Below are positions 1 to 10,727 of a stretch of DNA of 64,000 nt, in pieces. The notes beneath the pieces were generated by a model, which was given only the letters and a program-made list of their open reading frames with translations, was not told the origin of the DNA and ran no database searches. Each line of letters opens with the position of its first letter. Positions within the stretch are counted from its first letter, which is position 1. Position numbers and translations under genes: made by a program. Source of the DNA: Azolla caroliniana (taxonomy: Eukaryota; Plantae; Polypodiophyta); NCBI GenBank assembly GCA_043228905.1, contig JBHGNT010000018.1:16554001-16618000 (forward strand), given 5' to 3'.

Positions 1-1945
1 CCAAGTTAGGAGTCAATTGGCTTACCATTAAGCCATGCTATTTAGTTGAAATTATATTTCTATCATTGTAGTTTTACATGTAAATTCTCATACATGAGAA
101 CTAAAATGAGTGACATGGTTATCATGCACCACATGTAATACATAAGCGCCAAATGGCAAACATGCAATTTATCATGTCTTGTACCCTCACATGCATCATA
201 TGCATGAGAACATCTATAAAATAGGGAAGGGGGAGGAGAAAAAACACGAGTTTTTTTTATGAAAATTAAGAGGAAGAAATTCGTTATCAAATCAATCGTG
301 TAATCTCAACTTCTCTCTTTCCCAATCTATCTTAAGTACTTTCTCGCCAAAGCTTGTATCGACTCTAAATCCTTCTGGTCCAGAACCCCGGCGGTTCCGC
401 CTCACGATCCGCGCGTAGTGACGGATCTTCACGACACCGCTTGACGGGATCCTTCTGGCGGGTGGACCGACGTAACTCACTGTTACCCTGTTTGAGGCCC
501 TTCTTGGCCGGTTCGGTCTTCGTTGTCGAAGGTCCGCCTTTCTCCTTGCCAGAGTCGGATGCACACTAATCCAACTCATCGTTGCCGGTTTCGAATTCCG
601 GCATCTTTTTCTTCCCCTTCTCCTTGCGCGTGAACTGTCGCCTCGGTTCCTTGCGCGGGGAGTGCACGGCAAAGTCTTCACTACTCGTCGGTTCCTCATC
701 GGACTGGTCAAATTGACTCAATCTCTCGTTTGGCCCGCTCAACCAGAACGATTCCGGACTCTCATCCTGAGTCCACACTTCATCATCCTCTACCTGGGCT
801 GGTTCCAGCACACTAGCCTCATCCACCGGCATCGGGTCGGATTCGGAAGTCAGAACCGGTAAGGAGTACCACGATGCCGATTCATCGAACTAGACATCTC
901 GACTAACTCGGACCTGCTTTGTCCGGGGGTGATAACACTTATAACCCTTCTGCTCTTGAGCATAGCCGATTGGGATGCATTTTTCCGATTTTGCATCCAG
1001 CTTCTTCTGCTTCTCTTCTGGTACATGCACATATGCAATGCTACCGAAGATCTTAAGGTGTCTCAAATTTGGCTTGCGCCCGAAATACAGCTCGTGAGCT
1101 GACACCGTGTCACTGATCCAGTTCTGGATGTAGACAGTCGTTTGGACTGCCTCCGCCCAATAGAATTTGGGCCTGCTCTTCTCCTCCAACATTGCCCTTG
1201 CCGCATCAATAAGCAACCAGTTCTTCCTTTCGGCAACACCGTTCTATTGCGGTGTGTATCTACAACTGAACTCTCGCCGAATTCCCTTTTGCTGCCGATA
1301 ACTGTTGAATTGGCTGGAAAAGTACTCTACAAGGAGCATCGACGGCGTATTCTCCCTTGTACACACCGTCGTTCGGAACGCTCTGAACTTAGACGCCAGG
1401 CCCCCAAGACAGACCTGTACCATCTCGTCTTCCTCTACGGTAACGTTGATAGAGGCAAGCGAGTCACAGATCTCTTTGATCCGGGCCGTGTAATCCGCCA
1501 TTGACATGTCCTTCTGTCGGACATTGCTCAACTCCTGTCGGAGTTGCAGCTTCCGAGCTGTAGTGCTCGCGGCGAAAACCTTCTTCAAGTTCCCGCAAGC
1601 CTCCTTTGGCGTCTTGGCGTCTCGAATGTGGCTCAGCAGCTGGTCTCCGACAGTGGACGCGAAGCAGTACATCACTCTGCTTGTCGATTGTTCCCACACT
1701 GGGAAGTCCTTATGTGCCGCATCAGGTGTTGTTTCGTTGGCTCCTTCGACGAAACTCCAGTAGCCATGCCCAAGCAGGTATTGGTGCATCTTATACGACC
1801 AAGATGCATAGTTGGATCTGTCGAGTTTCTTCACAGGGAGCGAGCTAGCCATCCCTTTATCCATCACTTCTCTGTCTGTTGTTCTTACGACTTGTTAGGG
1901 TTTGCTTTCAAGCGTTTGTCGGCTGAAGAGGTTCTCAACCCTCAC

Positions 1946-1957
1946 GCTCTGATACCA
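1946..1957 (-). promoter_or_regulatory. Primer binding site, tRNA-iMet
   Basis: + strand GCTCTGATACCA = TGGTATCAGAGC, the canonical copia iMet PBS. Confidence 0.9.
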
Positions 1958-2371
1958 TGTGAACGATTACTTGTGGAAGCGTTAGAAAACAGAGAAAGTA
2001 GGGAATACAAGGAGTACACGGGAGAGACAGAGAGAGCAGAACGTAAGAGCTATATTCAAAACGATATAATCACTCTGTTACATACAAATGTGCTCAGTAG
2101 CACTATTTATACAAGTCCTCATGGGACTGACAGAAGTACCGCATACTTCAATGCTCGCACGAGCTTTTGACACTTACTACGAGACTATAATTGCCTAGTA
2201 GTCTAAACTAATACTAGGCTTTCGGTTACCGATTGGATCCAGCTAACCGGCTCCCTAGCTCACCAGCTCTGTTGCTTGCCGGCTCGGTTGCTCACGGCTT
2301 ACCGATCCGTCTCGCTTGCCGGCTCAGGCTTATTCAGCCGATCCGGCTCTAGTTGAGCTTGCCGCTCAACA
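1958..2371 (-). repeat. 5' LTR of the copia element (414 bp)
   Basis: TG...CA termini directly adjacent to the PBS; short GCTTGCCG(GCTC) subrepeats; TATA-like motif on the minus strand (+ strand TATTTATA near 2105). Confidence 0.8.
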
Positions 2372-2794
2372 TTTGTACTAAAGACGGTGCCAGTGACCAC
2401 CACTATCTTCGCCATCAAAATCCTTGACCAAGCATCTCGCTGAATCCAACAATCTACTTCCACGAACGGAGCAAGTCACTGATGCCTCAACCACGTCCTC
2501 CATCTTGAATCATGTTGTCTGCACTATGAACGGCGTTGGTGGCGGAAACAACCAATGAGGTGGAACGTAATTCCACTTAACATCATCACCTACATCCAAC
2601 ATAATAGGAATAGATGACCAGACTCTACAAATTCTTCTTCTTTTCTAGTTAGTTGTATTTCCATAACCCTTATACAAAAGAAGGGTTTTATACTCCTTGT
2701 GTGACTTGGCAAGAAAAACCTGCCTTCCAATCCTCAATTTCACCGTTGTTGCAACATACGACTAACCCCAACCTACAACTAACCATCCCAACGT

Positions 2795-3222
2795 TTGTTT
2801 CAAATTAAAGGCATTGCAATGGGAAGCAATTTTGTAGTCGTTTATGCGTGTCTTTTTCTTACACAAATAGAATATGGCAACTCACATTTTCAAGATCAAG
2901 CATCGTTTTACTACAAGCGATACCTTGACAACACATTCATAATATGGATTGGGTCCCTTGACATCCTCAAAGCCTTCTTACAAAGTTATGGGGCACAACT
3001 CTAATGGCACATTCAAATTGAGACAATTATCTCCCTAAAAGAAGAAACAATCCTAGATATAGTTTTCTTCAAAGGATTGTTCATTACACTCCATCGTACA
3101 TTACACTCTAATTGTCACCAAAAACAATTCAACATCTACAAGTACCTTCTTTGGAAATCTTCTTATCCTCACAAAGAAGGCTTTATCACTTGAGAACTCA
3201 ATTCCTATGTCATCAACGAAAG
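2795..3222 (+). pseudogene. Penelope-like element (PLE) reverse transcriptase/thumb fragment
   Basis: One frame with two stops: FQIKGIAMGSNFVVVYACLFL...YYKRYLDNTFIIW...ILDIVFFKG...HQKQFNIYKYLLWKSSYPHKEGFIT*ELNSY. This matches the PLE RT motifs Q..G.AMG, RY.DD.F..W, FLD, Y..W.S.HP and GEL.RY. Confidence 0.75.
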
Positions 3223-3257
3223 TTTGGAAAAGAAAATCATCAAACTCAAAAAAACGA

Positions 3258-3700
3258 TGTTGTGTTGCCAATAGCACACGATGGGAAAGATGTAAATACC
3301 ACTACAATTTACTAATTTATATATAAAATACTACTAATTTAGTCAAATACCATTATATGTAAGCAACGCATGAGAGCCAAGTGGTTTCATGCTCTTAGCT
3401 CTTAGTGCATGTGAGGCCCTATATAAAGGCCTCTTTTCTTATATTTGGGGAGGGAGGGAGAGAAGAACATCTATGTGTCAGAAGAGAATAAAAGTGCAAC
3501 ATGGTTCACATGTGACGTGCACTTCGCGACATTATTTGGTGAACCCGACATGAACAACACAAGGTGGTAGATGGAGGCATCACAAATGATGGACATGTTC
3601 TTGGCGGTTGACAACTTGGAGGAGTTAATATTAGTTGAAGGGGTTCCAAGCTATTACACATTAGTGTTTCAAACAAAAGCCTCATTCAAAGAGGAGCCGA
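3258..3700 (+). mobile_element. Relic LTR end, tRNA-Trp PBS and decayed gag start (related to the gag-only family at 41.7-57.3 kb)
   Basis: ...CTTCGCGACA ends at 3531, then TGGTGAACCCGACATGA at 3537-3553. TATA-like CTATATAAAGG near 3419. Boundaries approximate. Confidence 0.55.
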
Positions 3701-3849
3701 TTCATTCATTTGAAGCAAGTAATGCATCCCATCTTCCGAACCATTTCTTCTATCTTGAATTCATCCATTCGAAACTCAAAAAATATCTTTTATGGGTCTT
3801 GAGATTTTTTATATTTGCTTCCCATGCAATTCTAAGAAAATCAATTGTA

Positions 3850-4630
3850 GGGTTTCTCTTAGTTGAAACTTTAACATGTGCTCACCAAACTTTTCTAGAC
3901 CCATGGTTTCAATGTGAAGTGCTCGTGTCTCAAGATGTGGCAGCATGTATGGTATTTGTATCATGCCTTGAAAGATTTTCTAAACATTTTTAACATTCTT
4001 GCAAATGGACTTAAAGATGCTACTAGTCCATCCATTAGGCATATAGAAAATCATTAGTTTCAAAAAGATATTTATTGAGAACCCAAATTTTGTTTTCTCC
4101 TTCATTACATATGCATAGCAAGCCTTCTTTTGCACTCCCAAGTGATAGTTGCACAATTATTTCATGTATGATTGAAGTGAACCACAGGCCCAAGGTATTA
4201 AAAGCTTTCTACTATTTCAAATGGCTCATTATTGTATTGTTATTCCTACTCTGAGCCTTCACAACCCTGACTATAGTTTTGGGACAACATACGCGAAAGT
4301 ATTCTAGCTTAATATGCATGCAAAGTTTTCTGCAATCATACGCTTTTGTGCATCTTCTAAAGTATTTCCCAAAGTCACACCTCATCTTTCTATAACAAAG
4401 TAATGCTATTTTTTATCCCAATGGCGACCTCTTCAATGCCTAATTGTTTTACAAACTTATCAACCATTTGTTGGATCATCAAAAAATAAACCAACCAAAG
4501 AGAGTTGGTGAGAGTGGGCATCCTTGGTTAATACCAATACTGCTACCGAAAGTTTTTTTTAAATGTCATCTCCCATACACACAAATCTCACCTAATGGAG
4601 ATATATATAGATTGATAGTTAGATTTTAAC
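3850..4630 (-). pseudogene. Degenerate non-LTR (RTE-X-like) RT fragment
   Basis: The minus strand near 4495-4540 reads IGINQGCPLSPTLFG, nearly identical to the motif in the LINE at 27-29 kb. Many stops; boundaries approximate. Confidence 0.6.
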
Positions 4631-5527
4631 ATTGTTCTCACAGGGAAAATATGAGCAATGAGACAAAAAGTAAAACATTTTCATTTAGTATGTCTAAAGA
4701 TGAGTTATAAAAATGTGACTTAATATTGGGGAGGATGTGTGAAAAGCAAATATAATTTTGGTCCAGGTCGTTGTATCAAAAAGTGATACCAAAACTTACA
4801 TTCTTGTTTAGAGCAAAATATGCATAGTTGGTGATTCTTAAAGTTGATTTTAGATCAACTGACTTTTTTTAATATTCAATTTGGTTTTAATGTAGCCCAT
4901 ATTGTATTCTATCTTAGTCCAATCCCTTCAAGTTTTTTCTTTACTTGGGTTTGTTCTCTTCAACTTGTCCCACTTTAGAGTGTGATAATCTATGAAAAAT
5001 TCTCTTGCTTATAAAGCAACATATCTTCCTCATCCACAAGTTAACAGTCACATTAAGGACCACCTTATACCACTATGGAGTTTTATAAACATTAACAATT
5101 TCTCCTGCTGATGAAGTTAACATACCTTGTACTTTCGCAAGTGAACAATCTCATTTAAGACTACCCATTCTTTAAATATGATTCACACCATTACAACGTT
5201 GATTTTGTGTTTCCACCATGATGATCTTAGATATTTGTAATTAGCATGGGAAAACAAAAGTTGAGTTATTTAATCCCTCACAATGCACATGGTGAAGGAA
5301 TTCATGCACCTTTATTCATCTAAAGTTGTACAAGTAGGTATAAAATAGTGGTGTTATTATTTATATCATGGAATACAAAAAGTATCAAGAAAACTTGTAA
5401 AGGTTGAAATAAGATAAATGAAAATTTCTCTTTATGCTATATGTAGGCATTCCAAGCATGCCATAGTCATAGATCCCAATGGTTACTGTTAATTCGAGTC
5501 TAAATCAATGACGGAAGTAATAAAGAG

Positions 5528-5735
5528 TGAACCAACAATTGTGTATCAAGACCAATAGGTATAGTTACCTTTATAGCAAGTTTGAACCAAAGGGGAAAAC
5601 AATATAGGGTGAACCAAGAACTGTGTTTCAAGAATGCTTGGTATAGCTACCTTTAAAGTGAGTTTGAACCAATGAGAGAAATAGTTAATGGTGAACCAAC
5701 AAGTGTGTTTCAAGACCAATTTGTATAGTTACCAA
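5528..5735. repeat. Degenerate ~82-bp tandem repeat, ~2.5 copies
   Basis: GTGAACCAA...TGTGT(A/T)TCAAGA...GTATAG(T/C)TACC recurs at ~5528, ~5609 and ~5691. Confidence 0.7.
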
Positions 5736-7579
5736 CATCGGGTTTGAATTCATGCACTACTCAATTGCACAAACCAAACAATTGAATGAACGATGAAGAC
5801 TTCTCGGAATTAATGTCTCCCTTGAATGTTGCACATGATTACTTTTAAGAGTCAAAAGTCATATGCTTTCATCACATGCAAGGTCGCCGATGTTTTCATT
5901 ATTTAAGAAAGTCATTTCTTCATTGAACCACATTATAATTTGATCAATTACATATCATTTTCTCAAATATATTGGCAATGTACTCTGTCTTAATTGCATA
6001 ATAAGTACTTTTTTGGTTGTCCATGTCTTGTTGGACAGCTAAATTTCATGCACAACGTAGCGACAGAGAGATTAGAGATTAAAATTTTGGAGTCAAAATT
6101 GTAGACTAATACAAAATCGATCAGACAAACAAAAAAGAAATACAGTAAAAAAGATGTTCCCTTTTCTAAAACATGTGTCAAATCATTCAGTTTTAGAAAT
6201 CATGATTGTTTCCATGGGCTACAAACCAAGCTTTGTGTTTTCTATACTATCTTCATGACTACAATTGTATACAGGTAAGATATTTGGTCATATAACTCTA
6301 TACTACATGTAGACAACTACATCTAGAACAAATATAACCCAAACAAAGAGTAGTGGAAGGGATGGGACCACATGGAATGCAATCGGTAGCAACTAGTCAT
6401 AAAAATTGCTCGGCTTACAAAGAATGCATAAAAACGAACTATCCCTTTTTTATTACAAATTATTTTGCTCCTCTTTATGGCTTATCTAGTGACCGATTAG
6501 ACTTGAAGAGGAAACTCCTTCTAATGCTTGTTTGGGTCCCATAAGACATGGTAGCCACCTCCCAAAATCCAACATGCTAAGGTTGAACACCAAGAGTACA
6601 TGTGTTATCCCCTAACTCTCCATGCGACAACGACATTGCATTATCAAACCTACTTTCTCTTAATTCTCTCTTGACGATTTTATCATCCACGCATATGCGC
6701 ACCATGTGACCCTTGGACATGTACACACCTTTTCACATCAACTTAGAATATAGACTACTTACTAGAAGGGAGAAAACGACAATAAAGAGGAGGATATGCT
6801 AGATATGTGAGAGGAAAACAAAGTTAGAGGAACATTACATGTGTGTGTGTTATGTATACTATGATATGCATGATGATGAGAGGTATCATTTTCTTTTTCA
6901 AGAGGGGTTTGGGCTATTGGAGTGCCTCGTGTAATCAAGAAATAAAAAAGTTTTGGGATTCGTACTTGTCAAACTTTGCTAGTGCAAATAAACCATTTCG
7001 AAGGATCGGAGGGCGAATGCCGCACGGGAGTGAAGGGGATCAATGTGGACAATGTTGAAGAACCGAAGTATAGCAATAGATGCCCAAGAGCAGTTGGGAC
7101 GAGAATGAGACACCTACTCTATAAACAAAAAAGAGCCATCATCAAGAAGAATCAAATATGTACCTACGTGAAAGCTTCTATCTATATGTAGTACAACGGT
7201 ATAATGGAGACGAGGTGTGCACTTCTTATGTGAATATATGTAGCTGGGGGAGGGTCGGGATGGACCAAGCCACGACTAGACTTCCTTTCACTTCTCTTGA
7301 GCAAGATGATATAAAAGATATTGGCCATTGTAATAACATGGATGGGCCAACAACTAGTATATGTGTGTCTTCCGAGACATGTTAATGACACCCGTCTTGT
7401 TCCTCGTCTTCTCTTCCGGTGCGATGCTTCTTCTTTTTCGATGGCATACAACTTCCTTTCTTCTCTTCTGGTACAGTAGAGAGGGCGTGGTGTCCGCGCA
7501 GGATAGACATTCTACGCTATGGGGGGGGGGGGAGCCCTGGAGACATTCTCAAGGGTATAGTTTGATATTACCCAAAGGT

Positions 7580-7602
7580 TATATATATATACATATACAT
7601 AT

Positions 7603-7651
<49 letters not shown>

Positions 7652-7810
7652 CATATACATATACACATACACATATACATATACATATACATATACACAT
7701 ACACATATACATATACACATATACATATACATATATATATATGTATGTATGTATATATATCTGTATAGGCCATGATTCATGAATGCTCTCTCTCTCTCTC
7801 TCTCTCTCAT
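7580..7810. repeat. Compound microsatellite (TA)n/(TATACA)n, then (CT)n
   Basis: Direct reading of the sequence. Confidence 0.95.
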
Positions 7811-8254
7811 TGAGCCCGGAAATGGATGGCTCTTTCAAAGGTAAAAAGAAAGGAACCATTGATTTGACTGATGGGCGATTCATGGTGGGTAGGGTGGGGG
7901 TAGGTTTGGCCTGAGTAATGGAGAGCGAAAGCTATGTATTTATATGTATATGTATATGCATATAGAGTAGTGAATGGTTTGAATGCGATGTTTCTCAGAA
8001 ACCTTCTTCTTTCTCTTGATTGAGGAAATCAAGGAGCCATATCCCCCTCCCTGCATTTTAGACGCCAGATAAATGAAGTAGAAATACATACACCTCTAAC
8101 TAAACCCTACTTACAGAGATACTCAGAAATCTCTCTCTCTCTCTTCTCCTCCTCTTCCTTCTTCTCCATCATCACCATAGCCATCTCCATCTCCATCTCT
8201 TCCTTCTTCTTCTTCTTCTTCTTCTTCTTCTTTCTATTGCTAGTGGTCGCCATC

Positions 8255-10727
8255 ATGGCTTCTTCCATCCCTCCCCCCCACACTCTTGTTGTCTTCTTCA
8301 CCAAGTGCATTGAAGTGTTGCCCCACATGCAGAGTAGTCTTATCCTAGTGTTGATGATTGCTTTGGCTATGCTATCTCTGTTCCTCATGTGGGTTTCTTC
8401 AAAAAGAAAGAACCGCGTGTATTTGTTGGATTATGCATGTGTAAAGTATCCTGATGATCAAGGCAAGATCACATCAGAGGTGGTCTCCTACTTCTTACCA
8501 GGTATAATATTAATGAAAGCAGTTTTAAAAATATGATTGTATCATCATCATAAAAGATGGGTTAAGAAGTGTAGGTTTAGGGTTTGAGTGTGTTAATGTT
8601 TCTGTGTTATTATGATCATCATCGCTATGAATGAAACATATGAACCAAGTAATGTGGGTTTAGGGTTTCGTACTTGCCAGCATCATCATCTTCTTGTCTG
8701 AGTGGTTTGGTTATAGGGTTTATGGTTCACCATACTCCAATAGTGTGTGTGTAAGGTCGAGATTTTCAAGGTTTATGGTTGATGAATTATCTCCATCATG
8801 ATCAAGAATGGCTTAAGAATTCTTGCTTTAGGGTTGATCATTAGTCCGTTTTAATTATTAATGTATTAAGAAGTATTGATTTAGGGTTTTATTATCATCA
8901 TACCATTATGAAGAAGAGCCCAAGAAATGTAGTATAGGATTGGCCATTTGACATCATGTGCTCTTCAAGAATGGAGTCAAGGGGCTTTTAGGTTTTATGG
9001 GTCATCATGATTATTATCAAGAGTGAAAGTGTAGGTTTCAATTTTGATCACAAAGAATGGTTTAAGAAGTGTAGGTTTTTTTAGGGTTTATGATGGTCTT
9101 CATCAAGACTGGGTTTGCTTTTCCTGCAAGATTTGCAAGTTATTACTTTCAAGAGTGAAAGTGTGGGTTTCAGTTTGATCATAAAGAATGTATTTGAGAA
9201 ATGTGGGTTTTAGGGTTTATGATGGTCTTCATCAAGATTGGGTTTTAATTTCCTGCAAGATTTGAAAGTTATTGTTTTTCAAGAGTGAGAGTGTAGGTTT
9301 CAGTTTGATCATAAAGAAAAATTTAAGAAGTGTGGGTTTTAGGAGGGTTTATCATGGTCTTCATCAAGACTAGTTTTTCTTTCTTTTTTTACCCTGCAAG
9401 ATTTTGAAAAGTTATGATTTTGATAGGAATGGAGAATGTGAGGATGAAGGATGTCCTCTTCCAATTCAAGGTCTTCATGAAGAGCGGGATCGGAGAGGAG
9501 GCATACGTGCCGAGGGTAAACCTAGCGAAGAGCCCGGCACTTCTCACACAACAAGACATGCATGACCAAGCCCACATACTTGTCGTGGGGGCTGTAGAAT
9601 CTCTCCTAAAGTCCACATGTCTCGACCCGTCCCTCATCGATATAGTCATTGTCAATAGCGGAATGTTCAACCCGACACCATCTCTCGCATCCATCCTTGT
9701 CCACCGGTTCGGCATGCGAACTGATGTCAAATCCTTCCACCTCAGTGGAATGGGATGCTCGGCTAGCTTGATCTCGCTCGACCTTGCGCAGAATCTCCTC
9801 GTAGATTCCCGAACCCTCACAGGTTTTGTCCGGAATCTTCTCGGAGATTTGTCCCAACCCAATTCCCGTCCCCGATATGCCCTTGTTGCGAGTACCGAAT
9901 GCATGTCCTCATTCTACAATGGCCATGATCGGCGCATGATGCTCGCCAATGTCCTATTCCGTGCGGCCGGGAATGCCTTTCTCCTCTCGAACTGGCCCCA
10001 AGACAAGCCTAGGTCTAAAATGGAGCTCCTCCATTTGGTTCGGGTCAATACGGCCTCACGTGATGAGGCTTATAATGCGGTAATGGTTCAAGAGGACGAA
10101 GAGAACATATTTGGAGCTCAGCTTAGCCCACAACTCATCGATGTGGCCACCCATGCCATCAAGGAAAATGTCAAGAAATTAGCCCCTAAAGTCCTACCCC
10201 TCAGTGAGCTATGGAAAGTTGGTGTGAGTGAGGTTAAAAGGAAGGTATTCAAGATGAAACATGTGAAACCATATGTGCCCAATTTCAAGCTAGCTTTCAA
10301 TCATTTTTGCATACATCCTGGGAGTAAGGCGGTGATAGAAGGGGTTGGGAAGAGCTTAGGGCTGAGTGGGTATGACCTCGAGCCATCACTAATGGCATTG
10401 CATAGGTTTGGGAACACGTCGTGCTCGGGGATATGGTATGAATTAGCTTATTGTGAGGCTAAGAAGAGGCTCAAGGAAGGTGATAAGGTGTGGCAACTAG
10501 GGTTGGGTTCGGGATTCAAGTGCAATAGTGCGGTGTGGCGGGTGTTGAGGCCATTGAACCATGAACCGTTGGTCGAGTTTTGTAACCCTTGGGCTGATTG
10601 CATTGGGAGGTACCCAATCTCCAAAGACCTCTCTAGTCTTCCTCATGTCATCCAAACCCTTGCTATGCTTCAAAAATTGCATGACCTCCACTCTACATCA
10701 AATGAAAAACCCACGACAAATACATAG
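8255..10727 (+). CDS. KCS: 3-ketoacyl-CoA synthase (very-long-chain fatty acid elongase condensing enzyme), KCS3/12/19-like; exons 8255-8501 and 9427-10727, ~515 aa
   Basis: Exon 1 has an N-terminal TM helix and VYLLDYAC. A phase-1 GT..AG intron (8502-9426) restores a GGA codon exactly. Exon 2 has SGIGEEAY, GMFNPTPSLAS, catalytic LSGMGCSA, HFCIHPGSKAVI, LHRFGNTS and GSGFKCNSAVW. Confidence 0.93.
9018..9426 (+). repeat. Three ~130-bp tandem copies forming the 3' end of the KCS intron
   Basis: Units start with CAAGAGTGA at 9018, 9150 and 9280. Each contains AGGGTTTAT(G/C)ATGGTCTTCATCAAGA and CCTGCAAGATTT. Confidence 0.85.

Larger units (their letters stand above)
420..2371 (-). mobile_element. 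Internally deleted, 3'-truncated Ty1/copia retrotransposon (5' LTR, PBS, gag fused to an integrase remnant)
   Basis: LTR 1958-2371 reads TGTTGAG...CA on the minus strand, followed by PBS TGGTATCAGAGC. Gag ORF 1244-1867 (KLDRSNYASWSYKM...LQLRQEL...). Integrase C-terminal pieces at 890-1216 (FYWAEAVQT, LKIFGSIAYVHVP, KLDAKSEKCI). No RT and no 3' LTR; the left boundary is approximate. Confidence 0.9.

Noticed and set aside
7361-7883. ORFs rich in YT/HI/CI/YV repeats
   Set aside because: Translations of the TATACA microsatellite.
8570-9350. TTTAGGG motifs as an interstitial telomere
   Set aside because: The motifs are isolated within longer repeat units, not tandem heptamer arrays.
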